Assembly: GCA_945860415.1 (NCBI GenBank)
Contig: CAMAQA010000003.1
Coordinates: forward strand, 8,982-72,981
Source of the DNA: Bacteriovorax stolpii
GTDB taxonomy: Bacteria > Bdellovibrionota > UBA1018
Reading direction: 5' to 3'
DNA length: 64,000 nucleotides
In this document: piece after piece, positions 1 through 9,078 of the stretch
Position numbering within the stretch: the stretch's first letter is position 1
How the letters are laid out: each line of letters opens with the position of its first letter
Program-made: the position numbers and the translations under genes
The notes under the pieces: generated by a model
What the model was told of the DNA's origin: nothing
Database searches by the model: none
Seen by the model: the letters and a program-made list of their open reading frames with translations, nothing else

Positions 1-17
1 GGCTTACGGAAGGTTCA

Positions 18-590
18 GTGCCCGACTGGCTTCCTCACTGGAGCCCTTCGCTTATTGCGGTCCTCGCCTTGGTTACCGGGATAGGGCTAGTCGCCACGCT
101 CTTTTCTAATAAGCGTCGTTTTCTATCCGGACTCGTGACAGTTCCGTTCGTCATCTCGATTCAACTCCTCCTCTTCTGGGCCGGCGACCGAGAAATGACC
201 GGTCTTCGAGCCTACCTGAATGAAAACGTGTCTCACCGCTCACTCTGCTATCTGAACCTGGAAAAAAACATCTGGAATGAACTGGGCTACCTCTCCTTCA
301 CGCTCGGAGAGCGTGTCAAAAGCTGTCACACTCCTGCGTTGGCGGCTGAGCACCTGCGTACCGGAGGAACCCTGATCGTCATGCGTCCGGAGCAGCTCGA
401 AGAGCTGGCATCAACGCCGCAAGTCTCAGGAATGTCCCTCGGCTCGCAGACTTGGAAACGCTGGGGCCGTCACGCCCACATTCCCCGGAACGGCAGATCA
501 CCACTCCAGGAAGTCCGCACCACTGGAAACTGGAGCTCGCTCGAACGCGACTTCCTGCTCGTGATTCAGAAAACTCCGGGACATGGCTAA
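18..590 (+). CDS. Hypothetical protein with N-terminal TM helices; possibly the 3' part of a gene that starts upstream of the window
   Basis: The ORF is open to the window edge, has a hydrophobic N-terminus, and shows no recognisable catalytic motif. Confidence 0.35.
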   Translation: MPDWLPHWSPSLIAVLALVTGIGLVATLFSNKRRFLSGLVTVPFVISIQLLLFWAGDREMTGLRAYLNENVSHRSLCYLNLEKNIWNELGYLSFTLGERVKSCHTPALAAEHLRTGGTLIVMRPEQLEELASTPQVSGMSLGSQTWKRWGRHAHIPRNGRSPLQEVRTTGNWSSLERDFLLVIQKTPGHG

Positions 591-1749
591 GGCTCGATTA
601 GCTTCCACGATCCTGCTGGTTCTGGCGGGTTTTCTGGTGATCCAGGGAACCCTGATGCACGTCCTGTCTCCGGGCACACGCTGCGATCTCGACATCCTAT
701 TGCTCGCGGGTCAGCGATTTCTGGAACATTCGAGCATCTATCGGCTCGATGACTTGAACGAGCATACCAAACCCCCTCTCTTGTCGCCGCTGCTCGCTCT
801 CCTCTCCTCCATGCCGCGCGAAGTCATTCGTACGGCTTGGGATGCAATGAACGTGATTCTGCCGATCGCCGCACTTTCACTCTGGTGGAAAAACAACAGC
901 GTCGAACGGACCCTCCGTCATCGGCAGTTCTGGGTTGCGACTGCGGCAAGCCTCATCATGCTCCGGGGTTTTTGGCGCAATGAAATGGACCTGGCTCAGT
1001 ACAACCTTTTCGTACTTGTGCTCACGCTTTACGCCCACTGCCTGGCTTCACGCGGGGCTATCCTCTCCTCAGGAGCGTTCTTTGCGTTGGGTTTTCTCAT
1101 CAAGCCGACGCAGCTTTTCTTTCTGCCCTGGTTGCTCTCAGCCAGCCCGCGCCTCAATGCGCGGATCCTCCTGCGGTACTGCCTCGGAGCTGCGGCGCTC
1201 GCCGGGAGTCTGTCATTGCTCTATCTTTTTCAGTATTCGGCGGACGAAATGGTCAGGTCGCATCTGGACTGGCTTCACTTCCTTCCCGAGTCGACACACA
1301 AACACATCCTCAGGACAGATAACTGGGGATTACCTTCGATCCTGGCGAGAATGGGATGGTTCGGAGGGACGTCCCCATTATTCACTCTGTTCGGAGTTGC
1401 GGCACTAGCGATGACTTCACGGAAGTGGCGAACGAGCCCAGAGGGCCTTTTTCATCTGAGCGCCTGGACTTCGCTCGCGCTGTCCCCGATGGCCTGGACC
1501 CAGAATTTCGTTGTTCTCTTTCCTCTTGCCTTTTCACTGGCTTATCGAGTGATGAACAACGACGGAAGACTGGCTGCCGGATTCGGCTGTATTGCGCTCT
1601 TCCTACCGAACGCCATCCGGGCACAGTCACTCCCCGAGCCTCTTCATGCGGCTTGGCTCGCGTTTTCAGCTCCGCTGCTCCTGGCGCTCGTTGCCATGAT
1701 CGTGGCCGTGAAGCGCCTCAGGATTCGGAAGGAATCTTCGCCCGCGTAA
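583..1749 (+). CDS. Polytopic membrane protein, putative GT-C-type (DUF2029/GT87-like) glycosyltransferase
   Basis: 388 aa with roughly 9 or more predicted TM helices. It sits in a glycosylation locus beside polyprenyl-P-sugar synthase-like GT2s. Confidence 0.5.
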   Translation: MAKARLASTILLVLAGFLVIQGTLMHVLSPGTRCDLDILLLAGQRFLEHSSIYRLDDLNEHTKPPLLSPLLALLSSMPREVIRTAWDAMNVILPIAALSLWWKNNSVERTLRHRQFWVATAASLIMLRGFWRNEMDLAQYNLFVLVLTLYAHCLASRGAILSSGAFFALGFLIKPTQLFFLPWLLSASPRLNARILLRYCLGAAALAGSLSLLYLFQYSADEMVRSHLDWLHFLPESTHKHILRTDNWGLPSILARMGWFGGTSPLFTLFGVAALAMTSRKWRTSPEGLFHLSAWTSLALSPMAWTQNFVVLFPLAFSLAYRVMNNDGRLAAGFGCIALFLPNAIRAQSLPEPLHAAWLAFSAPLLLALVAMIVAVKRLRIRKESSPA

Positions 1750-2506
1750 GGCCGCGCAGGAATCCGGCCGTGTAAATACCGTTTCGCGCCACGAGCATCA
1801 GCAGCGAATTTGCCACGCAACCCAGGCCGTACTTCACGCTGCGGCGAAAATTAATCGAGGAAGCCTCCTCGAAGTACTTCGTCGGGCAGGACACCTCACC
1901 GAAGCGGTAGCCGGCCAGCGCAGCCTGGACGATCATCTGGTTATCAAAGATAAAATCGTCATCGTTGCTTTCGAGAGGAAGCTCCTGCAGCACCTGCTTC
2001 GAGAAAGCTCGATATCCCGTATGGTACTCGGAGAGCTTAAGTCCCATGCAAAGGTTCTGGAATCCAGTCAGTATCCGATTGGCGATGTACTTGTAGAGCG
2101 GCATCCCCCCCTGGAGCGCGGTGCCACCGAGAATGCGCGACGCCATCACGACGTCATAAAGGCCGCTGCCCACCATGTGAGCCATCACCGGGACGAGCTT
2201 CGGCGTGTACTGATAATCAGGATGCAGCATGATGACGATGTCCGCGCCGCGCGCAAGGGCCTCGCGGTAACACGTCTTCTGGTTGCCCCCATAACCCCGG
2301 TTTTTTTCATGACGAACGACATGCAGGCCGAGCTCGCGGGCTCGTTCGGAAGTTCCGTCACGGCTGCAGTCATCCACCAGGATGATGTCGTCGACGATGG
2401 TCCGGTCCACCTCCGCGAGGGTACGATCGAGGGTCTTCTCGGCGTTGTACGCCGGCATCACGACGATGACTTTCTTGCCGAAGATCATGAGGATTCGTGA
2501 TGACAT
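1718..2506 (-). CDS. Family-2 glycosyltransferase, Dpm1/ArnC-like polyprenyl-phosphate sugar synthase
   Basis: The N-terminus reads VVMPAYNAEKTL..VDDCSRDGT, the typical GT-A DxD/DDxS region of a 262 aa GT2. Confidence 0.85.
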   Translation of the reverse strand: MSSRILMIFGKKVIVVMPAYNAEKTLDRTLAEVDRTIVDDIILVDDCSRDGTSERARELGLHVVRHEKNRGYGGNQKTCYREALARGADIVIMLHPDYQYTPKLVPVMAHMVGSGLYDVVMASRILGGTALQGGMPLYKYIANRILTGFQNLCMGLKLSEYHTGYRAFSKQVLQELPLESNDDDFIFDNQMIVQAALAGYRFGEVSCPTKYFEEASSINFRRSVKYGLGCVANSLLMLVARNGIYTAGFLRGLTRAKIPSES

Positions 2507-2594
2507 GCGCCCTCCCGAATTTCAACCAGACAGGTGCTCCTCGCATGCAGGATTGTCTTTGCTCCGTAGATCTCTCGGACTAGTGTTCGGTCGC

Positions 2595-4148
2595 ATGGGT
2601 GTTCTTCGCGCATCGCGGCTGATTCCACTTGCTCTTTTCGCGGCCGCGCTCGTCGTCATCGCACCCTGGAGCAACTTTCCCCTCAACGATGACTGGGTCT
2701 ACGCGAGAAATGCAGTCGCTTCGGCCGAGGCCGGGCGGCTCGAGATCACTTTTCCCCAGTTCGCCTGGGCGATTCCTCAGACGATCATCGGAGCGCTGGT
2801 CGGGGCCTCTGCAAAAGAGCTCCATTCCGAACTCCGCTGGGTCGGAATCCTATCGCTGATCATCTCCTGGGCCCTGCTGTTTCGAATCGCTCCGATCGAG
2901 CGCGGAGACCGCATCCACGACACGTCGGTTGCCACGGCAACCCTCTTCCTGACGCCGCTATTTCTGGTCAGCCTGTCTTTTATGTCGGACACTCCCTTTC
3001 TCGCCTGCTGGATCGCCAGCATGAGTGCGTGGATGGCATGGTCCCGGCGGCCGACTCCCGTGCGCCTGCTGGTTGCAATCGCAGTCTCGAGCGCGTGCCT
3101 CGCCCAGCGACAGTTCGGTCTCCTCATTCCAGCAGCAATGGGTGTCGTTTTGACCCTCGAGTTCCTGCGCGGAAGGACCCGGCGAGCGGCCTTTCGCATG
3201 CTGGCTCCTGTTCCCACACTCGCCGTTTACGCCCTGCTCCACTCCTGGTGGAAAGATCATGCGCCTCTGGCCAGCGCCCCGTTGGATCTGACGCTTTCAC
3301 CGGTCTATGTTCTCGGCACCGCATTTGCGTCCCTCAGCCATCTCGGAATGCTGGGTCTTCCCTGGATAGCCGCGCCCCTTTCGCCGAAAAGTCGAAAAAT
3401 TCTGAGTGACCGAAGGTTCCAAGTCCTCTTTGGGGGGTTCGTTCTCTATTCTCTCGGCCACCAGCTTCGCTCCGGGAGCGCCTTTCCGTACCTCTCGAAC
3501 CAGATGTCCCGATTTGGTTTCTTCGGCGCAAACGAGATCCTCTACGGCGATCGCCTTCCGATTTTTGGCCTTCCGCTCGAGATGGTACTCACAGTGGTCT
3601 CGCTTGCGGGCGCGCTCAGGCTGGCGCTGGGATGCCTTGTATGGATTCGCGAACCCGGCAAGTCTCGGGCGGACCAGCTCGTGCTGGTTTCTGGGCTCGC
3701 CTATTTTGCCCTGAGCTGCTTTCGCGCCACCTTCTTCGATCGGTATGCTCTTCCTCTCCTTCCTTTCGCTCTCTACTGCTTGACGCGATCCGCGGATTCG
3801 TCGCAGATCCATCGCCCCGCGCGGATCGCCGGCGCTGCCGCCACTGCCGGACTTGTTCTGCTCTCAACAACGCTGGTCCACGATTACTTTCGGTGGAACG
3901 AGTCCCGATGGGAGGCAGCGCGTTTCGCTGTGGCGTCGGGGTGGCCCTCGAAGCAGATCGGGGCGGGATACGAATACTTTGGAGAGGTGGATGCCAGCGG
4001 AGCGGCCCCCAGTAAAGATCCCCGGTCTTACCCCGTGGTCGTTAGCTTCTCTCGACTTCCGGGATTCGAATCGATCCGTGAGTTTCCCTACCAATCGGCA
4101 TGGCACCCTCGCGGCGCAAGCATCCACCTGCTGAAACGCCTCGATTGA
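2595..4148 (+). CDS. GT-C fold membrane glycosyltransferase, ArnT/PMT-like (GT39/GT83 family)
   Basis: About 11 TM segments. The first periplasmic loop has an NDDWVY motif, matching the DE/DD loop-1 motif of ArnT and PMT enzymes. Start chosen at ATG 2595 to avoid overlap with the divergent GT2. Confidence 0.55.
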   Translation: MGVLRASRLIPLALFAAALVVIAPWSNFPLNDDWVYARNAVASAEAGRLEITFPQFAWAIPQTIIGALVGASAKELHSELRWVGILSLIISWALLFRIAPIERGDRIHDTSVATATLFLTPLFLVSLSFMSDTPFLACWIASMSAWMAWSRRPTPVRLLVAIAVSSACLAQRQFGLLIPAAMGVVLTLEFLRGRTRRAAFRMLAPVPTLAVYALLHSWWKDHAPLASAPLDLTLSPVYVLGTAFASLSHLGMLGLPWIAAPLSPKSRKILSDRRFQVLFGGFVLYSLGHQLRSGSAFPYLSNQMSRFGFFGANEILYGDRLPIFGLPLEMVLTVVSLAGALRLALGCLVWIREPGKSRADQLVLVSGLAYFALSCFRATFFDRYALPLLPFALYCLTRSADSSQIHRPARIAGAAATAGLVLLSTTLVHDYFRWNESRWEAARFAVASGWPSKQIGAGYEYFGEVDASGAAPSKDPRSYPVVVSFSRLPGFESIREFPYQSAWHPRGASIHLLKRLD

Positions 4149-4179
4149 CCCCATCTCATTCTGAAGGTAACCAGAACCC

Positions 4180-5148
4180 ATGCCTAGAAAGCTGATCTCG
4201 GTCGTCACTCCCTGCTACAATGAGGAGGAAAACGTCGCGGAACTCGTGAAACAGATCCGCGAGGTCTTTGCCCACGAACTATCCGGCTACGATTACGAGC
4301 ACATTCTCATCGATAACGCCTCAACGGACGGCACCGTCGCCATCCTCCGAAAAATCTGCGCCGAGGATCCACGAGTCAAGCTCATCATCAATACGCGCAA
4401 CTTCGGGCATATCCGGTCTCCCTACCACGGGCTGCTCCAAGGCAGTGGCGACGCGGTTATCGTGATGGCGTCGGACTTCCAGGACCCGATCGATCTCATC
4501 CCGCAGTTCATCCGCGAATGGGAGAACGGGTTCAAGGTCGTCAAGGCCGTGAAGGCGGAATCCAATGAGTCGCCGACGATGTTTGCCATTCGAAACTTCT
4601 ATTATCAGCTGATCGGTCGGCTTTCCGACATCCGGCTGACCAAGAACTACACCGGCACCGGACTTTATGATCGAGAAGTGATCCGCGTCCTCCGCGAAAT
4701 CCGGGATCCCTATCCTTACTTTCGCGGGCTAATCGCCGATCTCGGCTATGAAGCCGCGATCGTGAAATTCCACCAGCCTGCGCGCCGTCGCGGAATCACC
4801 AAGAACAATTTCTACACGCTCTATGATGTCGCCATGCTCGGCATCACCAATCATTCCAAGGTGCCCCTTCGCCTGGCAACGCTTTCAGGATTTGCTCTTG
4901 GAGCCATGAGCCTGCTGGTCGCCCTCGGGTACCTGGCCGCAAAGCTCATCTTCTGGGATACTTTCATGTTCGGTACGGCCCCGCTGCTGATCGGCATCTT
5001 TTTCTTCTCCTCCGTACAGCTGTTCTTCATTGGAATTCTGGGCGAGTACATTGGGTCGATCCACACCCAGGTCCTGAATCGACCGCTGGTCATCGAGAGA
5101 GAGCGCATCAACTTCAAACCGGCTTCGGCAGACAGGAGCACGCCATGA
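4180..5148 (+). CDS. GT2 polyprenyl-phosphate glycosyltransferase (ArnC/GtrB-like) with two C-terminal TM helices
   Basis: N-terminus VVTPCYNEEENV..IDNASTDGT. The C-terminus has two TM helices (SGFALGAMSLLVAL, LLIGIFFFSSVQLFFIGILGEY), the diagnostic ArnC/GtrB architecture. Confidence 0.85.
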   Translation: MPRKLISVVTPCYNEEENVAELVKQIREVFAHELSGYDYEHILIDNASTDGTVAILRKICAEDPRVKLIINTRNFGHIRSPYHGLLQGSGDAVIVMASDFQDPIDLIPQFIREWENGFKVVKAVKAESNESPTMFAIRNFYYQLIGRLSDIRLTKNYTGTGLYDREVIRVLREIRDPYPYFRGLIADLGYEAAIVKFHQPARRRGITKNNFYTLYDVAMLGITNHSKVPLRLATLSGFALGAMSLLVALGYLAAKLIFWDTFMFGTAPLLIGIFFFSSVQLFFIGILGEYIGSIHTQVLNRPLVIERERINFKPASADRSTP

Positions 5149-5969
5149 AATCGTTGATCGACCACCGCAATGTTCCGGTCTTCATCCTCGCCGGAGGCCT
5201 CGGCACTCGGCTTGCGGAAGAAACCCAGTCGAAACCCAAGCCCATGGTGGAAATCGGCGATCTTCCGATCCTGCTGCACATCATGCGCAACTACTACCGG
5301 CACGGCTTCAACGACTTCGTCATTTGCGCCGGCTATCGATCGTGGGAGATCAAGAACTACTTCATGAACTACGAGTTCCGCGATCGGCACCTCGAGATCG
5401 ATCATCGCACCGAACTCGACACACCGGCTCGCCCTCTGGGCAACTCCGTTCGCCAGGAAAAGTGGCGTGTCCGCGTGATCGACACGGGCCTGAACACGAT
5501 GACCGGGGGCCGTGTGGCTCGTGCTTTCGATGTCGCAGCAGCCGACACCTCCTTCGAGCAGTTTGCGGTCACCTACGGCGACGGCCTGACTGATGCGAAC
5601 CTGACGAAGGAACTCCAGTTCCATGCCGAGCACGGCAAGGTGGGCACCGTATTGGCTGTTCATCCGATGGCCCGCTTTGGTGAACTCGAAACCACAGCCG
5701 ATGGAACCGTCCGGCAATTCTCCGAAAAGCCTCAGGCCACCCAGGGGCGAATCAATGGCGGCTTTTTCTTCTTCAAGAAGTCCTTCCGCGACTACGTCTC
5801 GACCGATGAGTCCTGCATCCTCGAGCGAGAGCCGATGGTGAAACTCTCCGGCGAACAGCAGCTCAAGATCTTTCCGCACGACGGGTTCTGGCAGCCGATG
5901 GACACATTACGCGACAAGCACCAGCTCGAGGCACTATGGCAGAGCGGAAAAGCTCCCTGGCTGGCCTGA
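5145..5969 (+). CDS. rfbF: Glucose-1-phosphate cytidylyltransferase
   Basis: ILAGGLGTRLAEET.KPKPMVEIG..PIL.HIM. ... GINDF.IC.GY is an RfbF/DdhA signature. Length is 274 aa. Confidence 0.9.
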   Translation: MKSLIDHRNVPVFILAGGLGTRLAEETQSKPKPMVEIGDLPILLHIMRNYYRHGFNDFVICAGYRSWEIKNYFMNYEFRDRHLEIDHRTELDTPARPLGNSVRQEKWRVRVIDTGLNTMTGGRVARAFDVAAADTSFEQFAVTYGDGLTDANLTKELQFHAEHGKVGTVLAVHPMARFGELETTADGTVRQFSEKPQATQGRINGGFFFFKKSFRDYVSTDESCILEREPMVKLSGEQQLKIFPHDGFWQPMDTLRDKHQLEALWQSGKAPWLA

Positions 5970-7969
5970 TCCAGGCCCGCGAGTGCTGGAGTTCAGCCCC
6001 ATCGATCACCCGCTTTCATGTCGCATGGTGGGCCGCCTTCCGGGCAGTCCTGCTCTCGCTGCTGATCGCCGTGCCAGTGGGCCTTTTTGTGGCTCGGCCG
6101 CCCTCCCCGGAGATTCTTGAGGCCCTGATCCGTCCATTCCTGCTAAAGGACTGCAGGCCGGAACCGGGCGAGCAGCTGAGTTATGCGCTGTTCCTACTCC
6201 TTCTGACGCCTTCCTTCCTGTTTTTTCTGGGTCGAGCCCTACGTCGTCCCATCGATCCTTCGGCCGTCGAGCGTACCACGTTCAAGAGCCAGCTTTTCCT
6301 GCTGGGACTGTTCCTGTTTACCGGCCTTCGTTTACGGGAATGGTGGAGATTTTTTCCCGATTCGACCGTCCTGATCGTTGCCGCTGCTGCAGCCTACTGG
6401 CTTCGCGATCGTTTCCCAAAAGCTCGTCTGAAACGCCTTATCGACGGAATCCCTCAACGCGAGCTCCTGGCGTGGTCAGGGGCGGCGGCACTGACGGCCT
6501 TGTCACTCATTCACTCGATCTTCTCCGAATACGCGCTGGGCAGCGCGGGAGACGTTGTGAGATATCATTACAGTTACGCTTTGGATGAAGTAGCTGCAGT
6601 TGCTTCCGGAAATACCGTGCTCGTCGATTTCTTCCCCCAATATGTCCGTGTGCTTCCGTATCTGCTCGAACCCATTTTCCACCGCGTCGGTCTTTCCATT
6701 ACCAGCTTCAGCCTGAGCATGGCGCTCCTGAATGGCATCGCGCTGTTTTGTGGGTGGATCCTGATCCGTCGCTCCGTCCGGACACCACTGAAGGCCATGG
6801 CCTGCTTCGCGGCCATTACAGGCCTTTTCGCCCATCAGGATGCCGGCGCACGTTACGCCAGTGTCTTGACCTACCATGCGGTGGGCCCCTTCCGAATCTT
6901 CCTACCGATGCTCTCGCTCGTGTCGCTTTCCAGCGCGCTTCGCTCCGACTCTCGAACCTGGGCGTCTGTCGCAGCCCTCGTCTCCAGCACGGCGCTGCTC
7001 AACAACCCCGACTTCGGCCTGCCGACTTGGGTGGCCGTATCCGCTGCGCTGACGATCTTCGGATCGCGCCCGATGCGTTCGCTGCTAGTCTCGCTCTCGT
7101 CGCTTGGGGCAGTAATCGCTGCATTCATCGCCTTCACGTGGGCTCGATCCGGCCAGTGGCCGGACTTCTCAGTCGGCCTCGAATTCCAGCGGCTTTTTGC
7201 CTGGTCAGGTTTCTTCATGCTGAAGCTACCGGCCATCGGAATCTACCAATGGGTCTTCGCAACCTGCTTCTCCGGAATGATCGTGGCGTTAACCCGTAGA
7301 GTCCTGAACGCGCCTCAGGAGATCGATCGGCACCGCAATGGCTTGCTGCTGGCCACCGGCTTGATGGGCATGGGATGCCTCATTTATTATGTCGGGCGCT
7401 CCCAGTGGATCGTGACCACGGCAACTTTCTGGATTTTTTCGCTCTGCCTGGTGCTCCTTGTGGTGGAGGCTTTCCCGCTCCGGGCCACGCGCACTGCAAA
7501 GATTCCCCTGCTGATCTCATCGTTATTCCTGCTCGGCGGAATATCCATCCTGCCGTTGAGAGTGCTCGATCTTGGCCCGAAACTGACTGAACTGAGCGAG
7601 ACGGGGGGCGAGTTGAGCCGCCGCCTCGAAGCGACGACGAAAGAGGTCCGGACACGATCGACCTCGCATCCCGTGGCCCTGATCTTTCCTTATGGGCAGC
7701 TGGTGGCGACACGCGCGGGCGTGCGGAACGCTTCACCCTTTGCCGAGGAGGGCTCGATGATCTCGCGATCACAGCTCCAGCGGCTTGGAGCTGCGATTGA
7801 AAGAAATTGCGTGACGCTGGTGGCCTTCAAGGAACCCAAGAATGACCTGCTCGAGATACTCTCGCACTCCGGGTTTCGGCAGGCCTCGATCATCGATGAA
7901 ATCCGCTTCTGGGAACGTCCGCTCACTCGCCTGCCTGCGCCATGTACTGTCGCAGCTGCTGGCGCGTGA
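5936..7969 (+). CDS. Large polytopic membrane protein (677 aa), function unknown; possible GT-C glycosyltransferase or polymerase
   Basis: At least 12 hydrophobic segments and a soluble C-terminal domain. Embedded between rfbF and rfbG. Confidence 0.45.
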   Translation: MAERKSSLAGLIQARECWSSAPSITRFHVAWWAAFRAVLLSLLIAVPVGLFVARPPSPEILEALIRPFLLKDCRPEPGEQLSYALFLLLLTPSFLFFLGRALRRPIDPSAVERTTFKSQLFLLGLFLFTGLRLREWWRFFPDSTVLIVAAAAAYWLRDRFPKARLKRLIDGIPQRELLAWSGAAALTALSLIHSIFSEYALGSAGDVVRYHYSYALDEVAAVASGNTVLVDFFPQYVRVLPYLLEPIFHRVGLSITSFSLSMALLNGIALFCGWILIRRSVRTPLKAMACFAAITGLFAHQDAGARYASVLTYHAVGPFRIFLPMLSLVSLSSALRSDSRTWASVAALVSSTALLNNPDFGLPTWVAVSAALTIFGSRPMRSLLVSLSSLGAVIAAFIAFTWARSGQWPDFSVGLEFQRLFAWSGFFMLKLPAIGIYQWVFATCFSGMIVALTRRVLNAPQEIDRHRNGLLLATGLMGMGCLIYYVGRSQWIVTTATFWIFSLCLVLLVVEAFPLRATRTAKIPLLISSLFLLGGISILPLRVLDLGPKLTELSETGGELSRRLEATTKEVRTRSTSHPVALIFPYGQLVATRAGVRNASPFAEEGSMISRSQLQRLGAAIERNCVTLVAFKEPKNDLLEILSHSGFRQASIIDEIRFWERPLTRLPAPCTVAAAGA

Positions 7970-9005
7970 ACTCCGCCATCGATGACTTTGAGTCGTAAAA
8001 CTGGCGGTACCACTCGCTCGTGGCCTTCGCAGCTTCCGGCATCTCCCAAATCGGATGCCAGGAAAGTTCCTGGGCCGCCTTGTCGATACTGAGCCTCAGA
8101 AAGCGCGCTTCGTAAAGATCCTTCGAGCGGTCGCCGGCAACCTGCCACTTCGCCCCCGGCCAATTCTTCGTCAGCTCGGCCACGAGCTCCAGTACTGTTG
8201 CTCCGTGCCCGTGGGCCGGACCAAAGTTGAAGCCCTGGCCCGAGAATCGAGCCGGATCGCCCGCCGCACGCTCGGCCAGCCGCAAGTAGCCGGAGAGACA
8301 ATCCAGGACGTGCTGCCAGGGACGAGTTGCCGAAGGATTTCGAAGCTGAACGGCCCTGCCTTCGCCCCAGCTCTTTACGCAATCCACGACGATGCGATCC
8401 TTCGACCAGTCTCCGCCGCCGATGACATTGCCGGCTCGTGCGGTAACGACGACCGGAGCATCCGGGTCTCCGATGAAAAAGGAACGCGCGAACGACGAGA
8501 ATACCAACTCGGCGCAGCCCTTCGATGCACTGTAGGGGTCGCGCCCCCCCATCGGGTCATTCTCGCGGTAGGAATACACCCACTCGCGGTTTTCGTAGCA
8601 CTTGTCACTCGTGACGTTGACCAGCACGCGGACGCTTTTGCAATGTCGCAAGGCTTGCATCAGATTGGCCGTGCCGATGACATTCGTGGCGAGTGTTCCG
8701 ACCGGATCGTCGTAGGAAAGCCGAACCAACGGCTGGGCCGCCAGATGGAAAATGACCTCCGGCTGGAACTCGTCCAACGACTTCTGGAGTGCCGCCTGAT
8801 CGCGAATGTCGCCACGGAAGTCACGAATCTGGGACGAAAGCCCCAGGACCTCGAAAAGCGAAGGCTGGGTCGGAATCACATCGGAATATCCAGCCACCGT
8901 CGCTCCCATTTCGAGGAGCCACTGAGTCAGCCAGGAACCCTTGAACCCGGTGTGCCCGGTCACGAGCACCCGCTTGCCGCGATAGAATCCGCCCAGATCT
9001 GCCAT
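7923..9005 (-). CDS. rfbG: CDP-glucose 4,6-dehydratase
   Basis: GKRV.VTGHTGFKGSWL..WL.EMGA.V.GY ... YREN.PMGG.DPYS.SKGCAEL, very close to DdhB/RfbG. Confidence 0.9.
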   Translation of the reverse strand: MADLGGFYRGKRVLVTGHTGFKGSWLTQWLLEMGATVAGYSDVIPTQPSLFEVLGLSSQIRDFRGDIRDQAALQKSLDEFQPEVIFHLAAQPLVRLSYDDPVGTLATNVIGTANLMQALRHCKSVRVLVNVTSDKCYENREWVYSYRENDPMGGRDPYSASKGCAELVFSSFARSFFIGDPDAPVVVTARAGNVIGGGDWSKDRIVVDCVKSWGEGRAVQLRNPSATRPWQHVLDCLSGYLRLAERAAGDPARFSGQGFNFGPAHGHGATVLELVAELTKNWPGAKWQVAGDRSKDLYEARFLRLSIDKAAQELSWHPIWEMPEAAKATSEWYRQFYDSKSSMAEFTRQQLRQYMAQAGE

Positions 9006-9078
9006 GATTTCCGATTAAGCCGAGAAACCCTCAAGATTCAACGTGATTTCCCCAGTCCGATCGATTATCGAAATCCTC

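Noticed and set aside
2382-2594. Upstream extension of the ArnT-like membrane protein ORF (start at 2382) overlapping the divergent GT2 gene
   Set aside because: The extension overlaps the 5' end of the well-supported minus-strand GT2 gene (1718..2506) and has Arg/Ser-rich, non-protein-like composition. The ATG at 2595, preceding the first TM helix, is the more plausible start.
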